From positions 1,093-65,092 of IMG/VR virus record IMGVR_UViG_2534681605_000002: 64,000 nt of DNA; one strand, 5' to 3'. This document shows, piece after piece, positions 18,830-27,251 of the stretch. Under the pieces are notes generated by a model that did no database searches, had not been told where the DNA came from, and saw only the letters and a list, made by a program, of their open reading frames with translations. The DNA is from a virus. Each line of letters begins with the position of its first letter. Within the stretch, counting starts at the first letter, position 1. Both the position numbers and the translations under genes were made by a program.

Positions 18830-19114
18830 ATGAGGTACGCATTAAGAAAGCAGGATAAGATTGCGGCTGCAATAGGTGATGATTATTTGAAAAATCATAT
18901 CCTCAAAAGCCTTGATAGTTTCTTCCGAAAGAGCAATGATGAATGTATAATCAGTTCTGTTGAATTGGACACCTATCAAACCGAATCAGGAGAAAGTTAT
19001 GCCGTGTTAAGAGTTAATGACCTTGCAGATGATAACGCAATGTTGGAATTTGCCGTAGTGGGTCAGCAATTCGATGTATTAAAACTGGCCTTTTTGGGCA
19101 GAATGAAAGGATAG
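18830..19114 (+). CDS. Hypothetical protein
   Basis: ORF in the early operon. Confidence 0.65.
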   Translation: MRYALRKQDKIAAAIGDDYLKNHILKSLDSFFRKSNDECIISSVELDTYQTESGESYAVLRVNDLADDNAMLEFAVVGQQFDVLKLAFLGRMKG

Positions 19115-19188
19115 AACAATGAAACTAAAAATCAAACAAATACAGGAGGTAAAGAAATGACAAAAATAAAATTGAAAACAAATAAAAC

Positions 19189-19214
19189 AAAAAAAAGCAG
19201 GCTGTATAGCCTGC
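19189..19214 (-). terminator. Rho-independent terminator
   Basis: GCAGGCT-ATAC-AGCCTGC plus T-run on the minus strand. Confidence 0.8.
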
Positions 19215-19236
19215 TGAAATATGTGAAGTTAAGAAT

Positions 19237-19304
19237 AAGCAAGGGTGGATTCGAACCACCGACCTTCGTTTGAAACGATGCTCTAACCCCTGAGCTACAA
19301 GGAA
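19237..19304 (-). ncRNA. Pseudo-tRNA/tRNA mimic with a TCA anticodon loop and no acceptor pairing
   Basis: TAGCTCAGGGGTTAGAGC-A-TCG-TTTCAAA-CGA-AGGTC-GGTGG-TTCGAAT-CCACC. Confidence 0.65.
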
Positions 19305-19468
19305 AACATCCAAATGTTAATTTGGACGAATCAAAGCTATCTAGAATTACTTTGATGTTGCTACAGAGATTTTGATAATCCCCTTTCATGTAACAAGTGG
19401 TACAAAGGTATGAAAAAGATTTAAATCATAAAAATAAAAAGAATGAAAATAAGACAAACTAAAAAATT

Positions 19469-19669
19469 ATGAGTGATTTATACTTCAACGATAAACGCTT
19501 TGTTGGCCACAGTAAAATTAGTGATATATTTTTTTTGCTTCCGGCGATAATGTGGTACATGGAGCACGAAAGGATTAAAGATGCAGACGCGTTCGTGATA
19601 TGTGCGCATTGGCTTTGTTTTCAGTGCGGGTTATTTATCCGGTGTAAAAGAAAAATTAAAAATAATTGA
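19469..19669 (+). CDS. Hypothetical protein
   Basis: ORF with ATG and an A-rich leader. Confidence 0.5.
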   Translation: MSDLYFNDKRFVGHSKISDIFFLLPAIMWYMEHERIKDADAFVICAHWLCFQCGLFIRCKRKIKNN

Positions 19670-19701
19670 GCCTTGGGCGGCTTTGTAAAACCCATATTCA
19701 T

Positions 19702-19893
19702 ATGAGCGATTTTAAATCACGTCTGGTTGAAGAACAAGAGCAACTCGAAGAAAGGCTTAACAAGCTGAATGAATTTAATCAAAGTGAAAAGGTCAATGCG
19801 ATTGATCCGGTACATAAGTCTATTTTGATTATACAGGCCAGAGCGATGCAAACCTATAACGAGTGCCTGAAAGCCAGATTGGGACGATTGTAA
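19702..19893 (+). CDS. Small coiled-coil phage protein
   Basis: MSDFKSRLVEEQEQLEERLNKLNEF...Q..AM..Y...L..R. Confidence 0.7.
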   Translation: MSDFKSRLVEEQEQLEERLNKLNEFNQSEKVNAIDPVHKSILIIQARAMQTYNECLKARLGRL

Positions 19894-19953
19894 TTATGCT
19901 GCGGGATAGTCTGATAGCTATCCCGCACTAATAACTAAAAAGAACTGAGTCTA

Positions 19954-20760
19954 ATGGATAAGATACAACAATCAATAGATTTTCTCCGGAAGTTGGAAAC
20001 GGACGAACCGTTTTATCTTGGTTTCTCCGGCGGTAAAGATAGTGTCGTTATTTTGGATCTGGCCGAACGTGCTGGAGTTCGTTTCACCGCTACCTATGCC
20101 AACACGACGGTGGATCCACCGGGTACAATCTCTTTCATCAAAAATAATTATCCGCAAGTGGTTATTCGGCATCCGGAAAAATCATTTTTTCAGCTTGTAA
20201 GCGAAAAAGGTTTTCCATCCCGGATGCGCAGGTTCTGCTGCGAAAAACTAAAGGAGCGATATGGTATAGGTAAAAGGACGATTGAAGGTATGCGAGCAGA
20301 AGAAAGTTCGAAACGTGCATTGTATGAGCCGGAGCAGTGTGATAGTAGAAAGTGGATGAAGGGTGCAAAACATATTTTACCGATCTTATCCTGGACGGAA
20401 AATGATGTATGGCGGTATATCCGTAAGCGTGGATTGCCTTATTCAAAATATTACGATCCACCTTACTGTTTAACCAGACATGGTTGTGTAGGTTGCCCTC
20501 TGGCTCCGGTACATCAAATGCAGGCAGAATACAAATTGTTCCCCGGTTACGCCCGGCAGATGATCCGATCAATCGGAAAGTACATGGATAATAAACCGGA
20601 CAATGCAATAGCGAGAAACTTCTCTGATCCTTACGAGGCATTTTATTTCTACCTGAATGAGATGTCGATGCAAGATATACGACGATTAAAGAAAGGTTTG
20701 TTTGGATTCAATGCCAAACAAATTATTGAAAAAGAAATATTTCAAACTAAAAAGAACTAA
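19954..20760 (+). CDS. PAPS-reductase family (PP-loop) protein
   Basis: FSGGKDS, RFCCEKLKE, GMRAEES..R, PILSWT, RHGCVGCP. Confidence 0.9.
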   Translation: MDKIQQSIDFLRKLETDEPFYLGFSGGKDSVVILDLAERAGVRFTATYANTTVDPPGTISFIKNNYPQVVIRHPEKSFFQLVSEKGFPSRMRRFCCEKLKERYGIGKRTIEGMRAEESSKRALYEPEQCDSRKWMKGAKHILPILSWTENDVWRYIRKRGLPYSKYYDPPYCLTRHGCVGCPLAPVHQMQAEYKLFPGYARQMIRSIGKYMDNKPDNAIARNFSDPYEAFYFYLNEMSMQDIRRLKKGLFGFNAKQIIEKEIFQTKKN

Positions 20761-20763
20761 GTC

Positions 20764-20964
20764 ATGGATAACGAGTATGTCTACTACAATAAGCCAACAC
20801 CTAAAGAGCCTATTTTTCTGGATGAAATAGAAGCCAGCCTCCCGATGTGGGAAAATAAACCACCGGCATGGAAAGGTTCTTCTTCCAAATCCGGAAGAAG
20901 CGAAAAACAGATCAAGAAAGATCGTAAGAAGAAGAAAATGAATAAGCGTAATCATAAAAAATAA
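20764..20964 (+). CDS. Small basic protein
   Basis: ORF with a Lys/Arg-rich tail. Confidence 0.55.
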   Translation: MDNEYVYYNKPTPKEPIFLDEIEASLPMWENKPPAWKGSSSKSGRSEKQIKKDRKKKKMNKRNHKK

Positions 20965-21279
20965 CTAATAAAAAGATGAAAGTTAAAAAGTTACTGATAG
21001 GACGACTATATAAATGTACCTATCCTAACAGGGAAGGTGAATATGTATATGTCGGTGAGCATCTGATTGGGTATTGTTTCAATGGATGTGGAGGAAATCG
21101 AAACATAGCCATGAGTGAAAGAATGGTTGAAAAGCACATCCATGAGACGGATTAAGCTCAAATCACGAAATAATTGGCTGAACGCCACTATTAGTAATGG
21201 CGTCGTGGATCACGACGCCCTCTGGTTTACAATGGCTTATTATTGCACCCAGGATTGATATAACGAAAGAATAAATATT

Positions 21280-21543
21280 ATGAAGTGTCACTATGTATAC
21301 GATAAGGAAGTAGGTCGCGTCTTAATACCAGGCTGTTGGTCTGTCGTTATGAGCAACGATATAAAAGATTGCACTTGCACTGTTGAGCCAATATCCACTG
21401 CTGGCTTTGAGCGCAAACGGTACAATGAAGAGATCAGAAAACGAAATGCCATAATAAAAGATCTACGTCGGCAAGTGGAATATCTTCAAAATGAACTGGA
21501 TAATACAATTAAATTATTAACAACTAAAAAAAATAAGCTATGA
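21280..21543 (+). CDS. Hypothetical protein
   Basis: Cys-containing N-terminus plus coiled coil. Confidence 0.6.
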   Translation: MKCHYVYDKEVGRVLIPGCWSVVMSNDIKDCTCTVEPISTAGFERKRYNEEIRKRNAIIKDLRRQVEYLQNELDNTIKLLTTKKNKL

Positions 21544-21791
21544 CCTGGAAAGAATTAAAAGACAAAATATCCCTTATGACAGAAGAAGAGCAACAGCAGG
21601 AAGTTGCAGTTTGGGGAGAAGATATCAGTTTGAGAAACAAAGATTGCTCTTTGGAGAAAACAAACGAGGCTTTGTACTACGATCCTAAATGGGATTATGC
21701 TCTTGAAGAGAGCGAATTGGAGCCAGAAGACAAGGATAATCCTGATGTATATAAGATATGTGAAGCAGGAGTGTATTATATTTCAATTTAA
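21540..21791 (+). CDS. Hypothetical acidic protein
   Basis: ATGA-coupled ORF. Confidence 0.65.
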   Translation: MTWKELKDKISLMTEEEQQQEVAVWGEDISLRNKDCSLEKTNEALYYDPKWDYALEESELEPEDKDNPDVYKICEAGVYYISI

Positions 21792-21804
21792 AAAATAGCG
21801 AATC

Positions 21805-22224
21805 ATGATAACGAAAGAACAAGTTAAAGAAATATTGACAAAAAATCCGGCAGGAATTACAAAAGAAGAGTTGAAATTTGTTTTTGGCATATTCTGCTTA
21901 TCAATCAAAGAATATGAAAAATCAGAACATAATCTTTGGTTTGAAGTACATTTCGAACGCATATACATCGCTCAAATTCGATATGGTATAAAAGGTGGGA
22001 TGTCTTTTAGTAACGAATATGTAAATATGGGAGATGGATGTCATGGAGTAACAATGGGAACAGTGAATAATACAGCCGATCTATTAAAAATATTCATCAA
22101 TATGTTTTACGACAATTTATTGAAACAAGCCAACTATGCTCCTTTATATAACGAAGAGACATCTCAATTCGAATCCCTTGAACAAGCTCAAGAATATTTG
22201 GAATATGTTCAATCTATACTGTAA
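21805..22224 (+). CDS. Hypothetical protein
   Basis: 139-aa ORF. Confidence 0.65.
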   Translation: MITKEQVKEILTKNPAGITKEELKFVFGIFCLSIKEYEKSEHNLWFEVHFERIYIAQIRYGIKGGMSFSNEYVNMGDGCHGVTMGTVNNTADLLKIFINMFYDNLLKQANYAPLYNEETSQFESLEQAQEYLEYVQSIL

Positions 22225-22228
22225 AATT

Positions 22229-22375
22229 TAAAAAAAAGTGAATGCAGACGGCAATCTGGCATCCACTTTATTCAATCATATAAAAACGCTTGACCTCGTT
22301 TAAAAACAGCAAGACTCCTCATCTTGCAAGTGATTGATTTTTTACAAAAGTAACTTTTATTTTTGTTAGTAACAA
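22229..22375 (-). other. Small antisense transcription unit (sRNA or 16-aa peptide)
   Basis: TTG-20 nt-TACTTTTG promoter (22345-22375), ORF 22272-22322, terminator hairpin plus T-run 22229-22266. Confidence 0.6.
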
Positions 22376-22403
22376 GATTACCCAGTTATTATTTAAAAAA
22401 GGT

Positions 22404-22640
22404 ATGAATATAGATACTGAATTTAACGTAGGAGATAGCGTATGCTATCTGAGCGGGGATAACATTATCCATACAACTATAAGCAAAATAATCATCGAAA
22501 TATCCTATGCTGATGATAATTTCTTTATGGTTTATAAGCTGTCAGATGGACTTAGTGTACCCAGAAACAATTATCCCAAATGGGATAAAAGACTTTTCAA
22601 AGACAAAGAGAGTTTGATAAAATATTTATCTGAATCATAA
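22404..22640 (+). CDS. Hypothetical protein (SH3/KOW-like)
   Basis: TEFNVGDSVCYL...LF..KESLIKYL. Confidence 0.65.
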   Translation: MNIDTEFNVGDSVCYLSGDNIIHTTISKIIIEISYADDNFFMVYKLSDGLSVPRNNYPKWDKRLFKDKESLIKYLSES

Positions 22641-22652
22641 CTACTAAAGAAT

Positions 22653-22925
22653 ATGAATATGGAACCATTGATAAGATTGGTGGGATTAAAGGGGTGCAGT
22701 GGTGATACTTATGCTTATTTTTCCCGTGATAAAGAAAATGTGAAAAAAGCGTTGGAATTGGGGATAGCCTGTACCGGAGCGGACGATAACGGAGCCTTTA
22801 ACATATATTTTAATGACTCTGAGGAACTTTGTTGTGAGTATATGAGATATTGTGTTACCAAAGAGTTTAAAAAAGCCGCTTCTATTGAAGAGGCTGTTGA
22901 ATGGATGGATCAACTAATGAACTAA
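22653..22925 (+). CDS. Hypothetical protein
   Basis: Last clear ORF of the plus-strand early block. Confidence 0.6.
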   Translation: MNMEPLIRLVGLKGCSGDTYAYFSRDKENVKKALELGIACTGADDNGAFNIYFNDSEELCCEYMRYCVTKEFKKAASIEEAVEWMDQLMN

Positions 22926-23264
22926 AAATTAAATAGAAATGAAACAAAAGAAATTACATATATCTTTTGACTTAGTATAATTGGCAAAACGAAAAGTACA
23001 AATTTTCAAAACGAAAGAGGATGTAAATTAAACTGTGTCAGCAAAGAATAAAATATTAACTTTGCTAACACAGTTTTTCATACATAAAAATCCGCTAACC
23101 GCCACTCTGTTTCGAGTAAAAAGATCGTTACTTAGGATGCTCGTAGTTTCTTAAGAGTTGATTTGTCAGAGGATTGCTCCATCGAATTGAATGTCTTTTT
23201 CCGGAAAGGAGAAAGGCCTCGGATTAATGGTTTTGTTCATTATAACACTAAAACTAAATTAAGG

Positions 23265-24296
23265 TTACCAACAAATCTGTTGTAACGAAGAAGATGGCCC
23301 ATCAGTACATAACTTACCTTTTTCATCGAAGAATAATCGATCCATACAGACCACTCTATCCCAATTCGGTTTTTGGCAATGCACATCAGCATGGCGATGA
23401 TAAACAATATACAGATCACCATTCGGAGCCTCTACTATCGAATTGTGTCCCGGTGCAGAAACCCCTTTAGGAAGATCCGTAGTCAAAAGAGGATTATCCT
23501 CACTCTTTACCCAAGGCCCCAGTGGACTATCCGCATAAGAAACCCCTACTCCATAAAACTCATAGCCGGTATCATTGGCGGAATAAGTCATATAATACTT
23601 TCCATTCTTTTTAAACACATAAGCACCTTCATTGCATCGGTTCCTATCCCAGTTAACCTTTTCCCATGTTTGCGAAGCGCCAGATATAAAAACAGGTTCC
23701 CCCATCAATCCGGAAAGGTCTTTTTTTAATTTCACCCCATAAAGTTCACCAGTAGCCAACGTATCCTGCATTCCATTTTTGCTGAAATATACATAAGGCG
23801 TCCCGTCATCATCAACAAAAATGTCTGCATCAATGGCAGAATAGCCCAAGTCGAACCAAGGAGTATAAAGATCTATAAACGGTCCTCCCGGCTTTTCACT
23901 GACAGCAAGACAAGTAAGCATCCGATCCAAATCTTTCATATAACAACTGTAAGTCATATAAAACCGCCCTTCGTAATATTTCACCTCTGGAGCCCAAAAG
24001 CCATAACAGCCGATGTGATCCTTTGGTTTACGATACAAAAGACCTTGATACTTCCACCTAATCAGGTCGGAAGAAATATAATAAGCAAATCCTTCTCCTT
24101 CCGGCAATGCAGTCGTACCTGTCAGGTAATATAAACCACCGGCTTTATAGATAAAAGGATCAGCTATATACAATTCAGTACTGTCCGTTGTTTTTAAAGG
24201 ATTCTCATAACACCTTAACTTCCTATCCGATATTTGATGACAAGAAAACAAAAAAACACTCGACAATACAAGCATCGTTTGATAAAAAAACTTCAT
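23265..24296 (-). CDS. Glycoside hydrolase family 43 lipoprotein
   Basis: Lipobox LFSC; ADPFI, WAPEV, IDADIF, NEGA, PGHNS motifs. Confidence 0.92.
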   Translation of the reverse strand: MKFFYQTMLVLSSVFLFSCHQISDRKLRCYENPLKTTDSTELYIADPFIYKAGGLYYLTGTTALPEGEGFAYYISSDLIRWKYQGLLYRKPKDHIGCYGFWAPEVKYYEGRFYMTYSCYMKDLDRMLTCLAVSEKPGGPFIDLYTPWFDLGYSAIDADIFVDDDGTPYVYFSKNGMQDTLATGELYGVKLKKDLSGLMGEPVFISGASQTWEKVNWDRNRCNEGAYVFKKNGKYYMTYSANDTGYEFYGVGVSYADSPLGPWVKSEDNPLLTTDLPKGVSAPGHNSIVEAPNGDLYIVYHRHADVHCQKPNWDRVVCMDRLFFDEKGKLCTDGPSSSLQQICW

Positions 24297-24402
24297 ATAA
24301 ATGTTATTTTTGCAAAATATCCAGTAAATGTACTTCTATTTTTCTAATAACAAAACTATTTCCGATTCCTTTTTAAATGAACCCTAATCACATATTTGAC
24401 AA

Positions 24403-24433
24403 ACTACCGCTAAACTGAAAATTTAGCGGTAGT
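24403..24433. terminator. Palindromic hairpin at the end of the late operon
   Basis: ACTACCGCTAAA-CTGAAAA-TTTAGCGGTAGT. Confidence 0.7.
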
Positions 24434-24436
24434 AGT

Positions 24437-24910
24437 TCACCAAATCCTATAATATCCCCCAATCCCTACATATGGAGATAAGCCATCTCGACCAATCCCA
24501 TAACCGGCCATGATACCTATTCCCCAGCGACGGGATGACTGCCGTTTCGTGATATACATTGTTTCCTGAAAAACATCAATACTATCAAGCGACGGATTGT
24601 ATCCCGATACCCAAGCATGATAATCGTCCGTCAAGTATTCTTTCTGAGTGATCGGTACCGGCACATAGATCGTGTCAATCTTATCCTGCCCTTTCTCTTT
24701 AATGACGATCGGATAGGGTATTTCGACCTCTCCTACTTCGATTTCAAAGGAAGCTACCGGCAGAACCGTTCTCAAGGTGTCAATTACCGTATCACGTTCA
24801 ATTTGTACATTTTTTACACATGTACTCCGAATATGGTAGCCCGCTATAAAGCTGGCTACCAACCCGATCAACAATAGTGTGACATACCAGGATTTCATAG
24901 CAAAATCCAT
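24437..24910 (-). CDS. Lysis accessory, spanin-like membrane protein
   Basis: N-terminal TM; C-terminal RWGIGIMAGYG...PYVGIG; follows the endolysin. Confidence 0.65.
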   Translation of the reverse strand: MDFAMKSWYVTLLLIGLVASFIAGYHIRSTCVKNVQIERDTVIDTLRTVLPVASFEIEVGEVEIPYPIVIKEKGQDKIDTIYVPVPITQKEYLTDDYHAWVSGYNPSLDSIDVFQETMYITKRQSSRRWGIGIMAGYGIGRDGLSPYVGIGGYYRIW

Positions 24911-25305
24911 CCTGTTATAACATCCGGCATATCAGCTTCTACGCCGTTTTCAACATACGACATAGCAGCGACAATGCGAATCATTATCTCTCTGTTCTCA
25001 GGATATACAAGCTCGTCAGCTGGAATACCGCTTCTTTCTGCCACCACCCTGATATAATTCTCCGTATGGTTCTCGTTTGTCGGAGCCCACCGGCTAATCA
25101 TCTTGCGGATGGTGTCCAGTTTGTAATTGCGGATATAATTCCGTAAGATTACGAACATCGCCCGGTATCCGTAAGCCATTGTTGTAAATTGCTTAAACGA
25201 CTTATCCTTGCTTGGTCTCACCTCGCCCTGAAATAAGTCGCCATTGATCCGGATATTTCCGGGATTGTTATTTCTTAAGCCTCTCGGCAAATTATTCTTC
25301 TTCAT
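24895..25305 (-). CDS. Endolysin-like (lysozyme-fold) protein
   Basis: RGLRNNNPGNIR...GYRAM...ISRWAP..EN.T..YI. Confidence 0.8.
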   Translation of the reverse strand: MKKNNLPRGLRNNNPGNIRINGDLFQGEVRPSKDKSFKQFTTMAYGYRAMFVILRNYIRNYKLDTIRKMISRWAPTNENHTENYIRVVAERSGIPADELVYPENREIMIRIVAAMSYVENGVEADMPDVITGWILL

Positions 25306-25306
25306 A

Positions 25307-25762
25307 TTATTTATCTCCTTTATTACTTGAATTTTTGATAATCTTAATCAGTTCTTCCGCATCTTTCGATACTGCGCATTGAACGATCCTTTCTACGATA
25401 TCGGCAATTTCCCCGGCATGAGCCTTCTTCTTCTTGCTATTTTCCACAACCGATCGTCCTTCAATAAGTAATATTCCCAAAGTAACCACGATCACACAAT
25501 AAGGGATGGCATACCAAGGGAAAAACAGCCCCAACACGTCAATCAAGACAGCAAAGAGGACTACTCGCAGGTAATCTACGATCTTGGCAATTGTCTTCCT
25601 AAGCGACCGGCTGGAAATAGGTTCTTTATTCACCCTTGCTGCATCCAGTCCCGTCCACATGTCAATGAACGAGGCTACGATTGTCAAGATAGCACAGATA
25701 AAAATAATAGTAGTCCCATGCGTTATATCCTGGGTAATGTTCAAATGAATGATACGTTCCAT
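25307..25762 (-). CDS. Holin
   Basis: Three TMs; D.WTG...SRSLRKTIAK...IEGRSVVEN. Confidence 0.85.
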   Translation of the reverse strand: MERIIHLNITQDITHGTTIIFICAILTIVASFIDMWTGLDAARVNKEPISSRSLRKTIAKIVDYLRVVLFAVLIDVLGLFFPWYAIPYCVIVVTLGILLIEGRSVVENSKKKKAHAGEIADIVERIVQCAVSKDAEELIKIIKNSSNKGDK

Positions 25763-25764
25763 AC

Positions 25765-26280
25765 TTACGCTAAAATTAAAAGTGACAGATAGGTACTTGT
25801 TAATGCTGCAACTTCGATCCAGAACATCGGTTTAGTGTACAGAAAATCCGATATAATGCAATCGTTTTCATTTCGCACCATCATGGCCACGGTATAACCC
25901 ACATACGCTATCCAAACCATCAAACACCACGGACAGTTACAGGCTACCCAAGCCTGCGAACCCACAAGGCAAAGTATAGCCCCCATTTTGTGTATGCCCC
26001 CCTCGACGATATCCTTGAAGTTTGGAGCAGCCCCAATGAAGAACATACCGGCACAAGCTAAGAATGCCAGCCATTCTGTGCCCGGCTTACTTACTTCCAG
26101 CACGGCCGGCATCAACAATCCGGCAGTCAGCCACATTGTAGCCATAAACCAGTGATCGTGTTCCAGTTTGTAATAGGTTGCACTGATAGAGTAAGGTACA
26201 CCTTTTGCCTTTATACAAACTGCTGCCGTATAAACTGCGATAACCAAAAAAGAAATAATTAATAATAACATGATTTTCAA
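25765..26280 (-). CDS. Multi-pass membrane protein
   Basis: Five to six hydrophobic segments; PYSISATYY. Confidence 0.75.
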   Translation of the reverse strand: MKIMLLLIISFLVIAVYTAAVCIKAKGVPYSISATYYKLEHDHWFMATMWLTAGLLMPAVLEVSKPGTEWLAFLACAGMFFIGAAPNFKDIVEGGIHKMGAILCLVGSQAWVACNCPWCLMVWIAYVGYTVAMMVRNENDCIISDFLYTKPMFWIEVAALTSTYLSLLILA

Positions 26281-26520
26281 ACTTTAATGTTTAACTTTGT
26301 TTCCGGAGACCCTCGGTCCCCTAATTTTCTTTTTTTACAGCCTCCAATCTGTGATAGCCTGGAGGCTGTTTTATTATTCTTTCGCCACCGAACATTTTAT
26401 ATCTCCATTTGTTTTAAAAGAAAATACCCAACCTGGGGTTGGCGATTATCAATAATTTTTTCTGAATATACATTTGCTGTCTTTCTGCTGTGACAGCCCA
26501 AAGACAGTGTCACTAATTTA

Positions 26521-27156
26521 TTAATACGGCCTTGCAGGCGGAGTGAAGTTTGATGTCCAACGGGCAATATTACTGATGCGAAACTCGTCAATCATACCGT
26601 TCAGATACAATCCATAATCCCGATATTTTCCGATCATTAAAGAACTATAGTACCCTGAAACCATCGTTGATGTGAAACCAGACGCATACACTCCATTTAC
26701 ATACACTTTCCAATATCGAGATTGTGACCTGACGATCGCAAGATGAACCCACTGATCCCGTGGCATCGTAAAATAGCATATTGCATCCCCTCGGGTTCCA
26801 CCATACTGCAATCCAAAGAAAATGCGTCCGTCAGATTCCTCCATTATATCAAAGCTGTAACTTCCACCACCATCGCCTTTTGACATTATACCGTTTTTCA
26901 CACCACTTTTCAGTTTAATCCAAAAATCGACGGTATAGTTTGGATATAGGGACTCGTTTATGGCATTCGTTCCACTTATCTTTACATACCCGTTTCCTGA
27001 AAACGAAACGCAATTCTTGAATTTTCCCACTACATAGGACATATTACTACCAACATAAGGCTTGCCTGAGGCTTCATCTTTCAATGATCCATCAAAATGT
27101 AGCAACAGCAAAGTATTCTTGTCTACTTTCTTCCGTCCCATCATCGACCGTCTCAT
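26521..27156 (-). CDS. LamG/concanavalin-like domain protein (candidate receptor-binding protein)
   Basis: LLLHFDG, YTVDFW, WVHLAIVR, YVNG, GMIDEFRISNIARWTSNFTPP. Confidence 0.88.
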   Translation of the reverse strand: MRRSMMGRKKVDKNTLLLLHFDGSLKDEASGKPYVGSNMSYVVGKFKNCVSFSGNGYVKISGTNAINESLYPNYTVDFWIKLKSGVKNGIMSKGDGGGSYSFDIMEESDGRIFFGLQYGGTRGDAICYFTMPRDQWVHLAIVRSQSRYWKVYVNGVYASGFTSTMVSGYYSSLMIGKYRDYGLYLNGMIDEFRISNIARWTSNFTPPARPY

Positions 27157-27214
27157 CTACGCCCTCCTTTCTTACGATAAGAGGTCGTAACTTCTTTATT
27201 TAGAGAGTATTTTA

Positions 27215-27224
27215 CCCCCCCCCC
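27215..27224 (-). repeat. G10 homopolymer inside a leader ORF
   Basis: C10 on the plus strand within ORF MKQVMLLKVKRGGG (start 27255). Confidence 0.9.
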
Positions 27225-27251
27225 GTTTGACTTTTAATAACATAACCTGTT

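Noticed and set aside
19237-19304. Functional opal-suppressor/Sec tRNA implying stop-codon recoding
   Set aside because: Acceptor stem cannot pair, anticodon stem is 3 bp, and phage ORFs end normally at TGA
19132-19389. 85-aa protein-coding gene
   Set aside because: Runs through the tRNA-like fold and past the terminator; its hydrophobic tail is just the T-rich tract
22930-23260. IS or gene remnant beside GH43
   Set aside because: Only a hairpin (~23031-23077) and short broken frames; no transposase motif or terminal repeats identifiable
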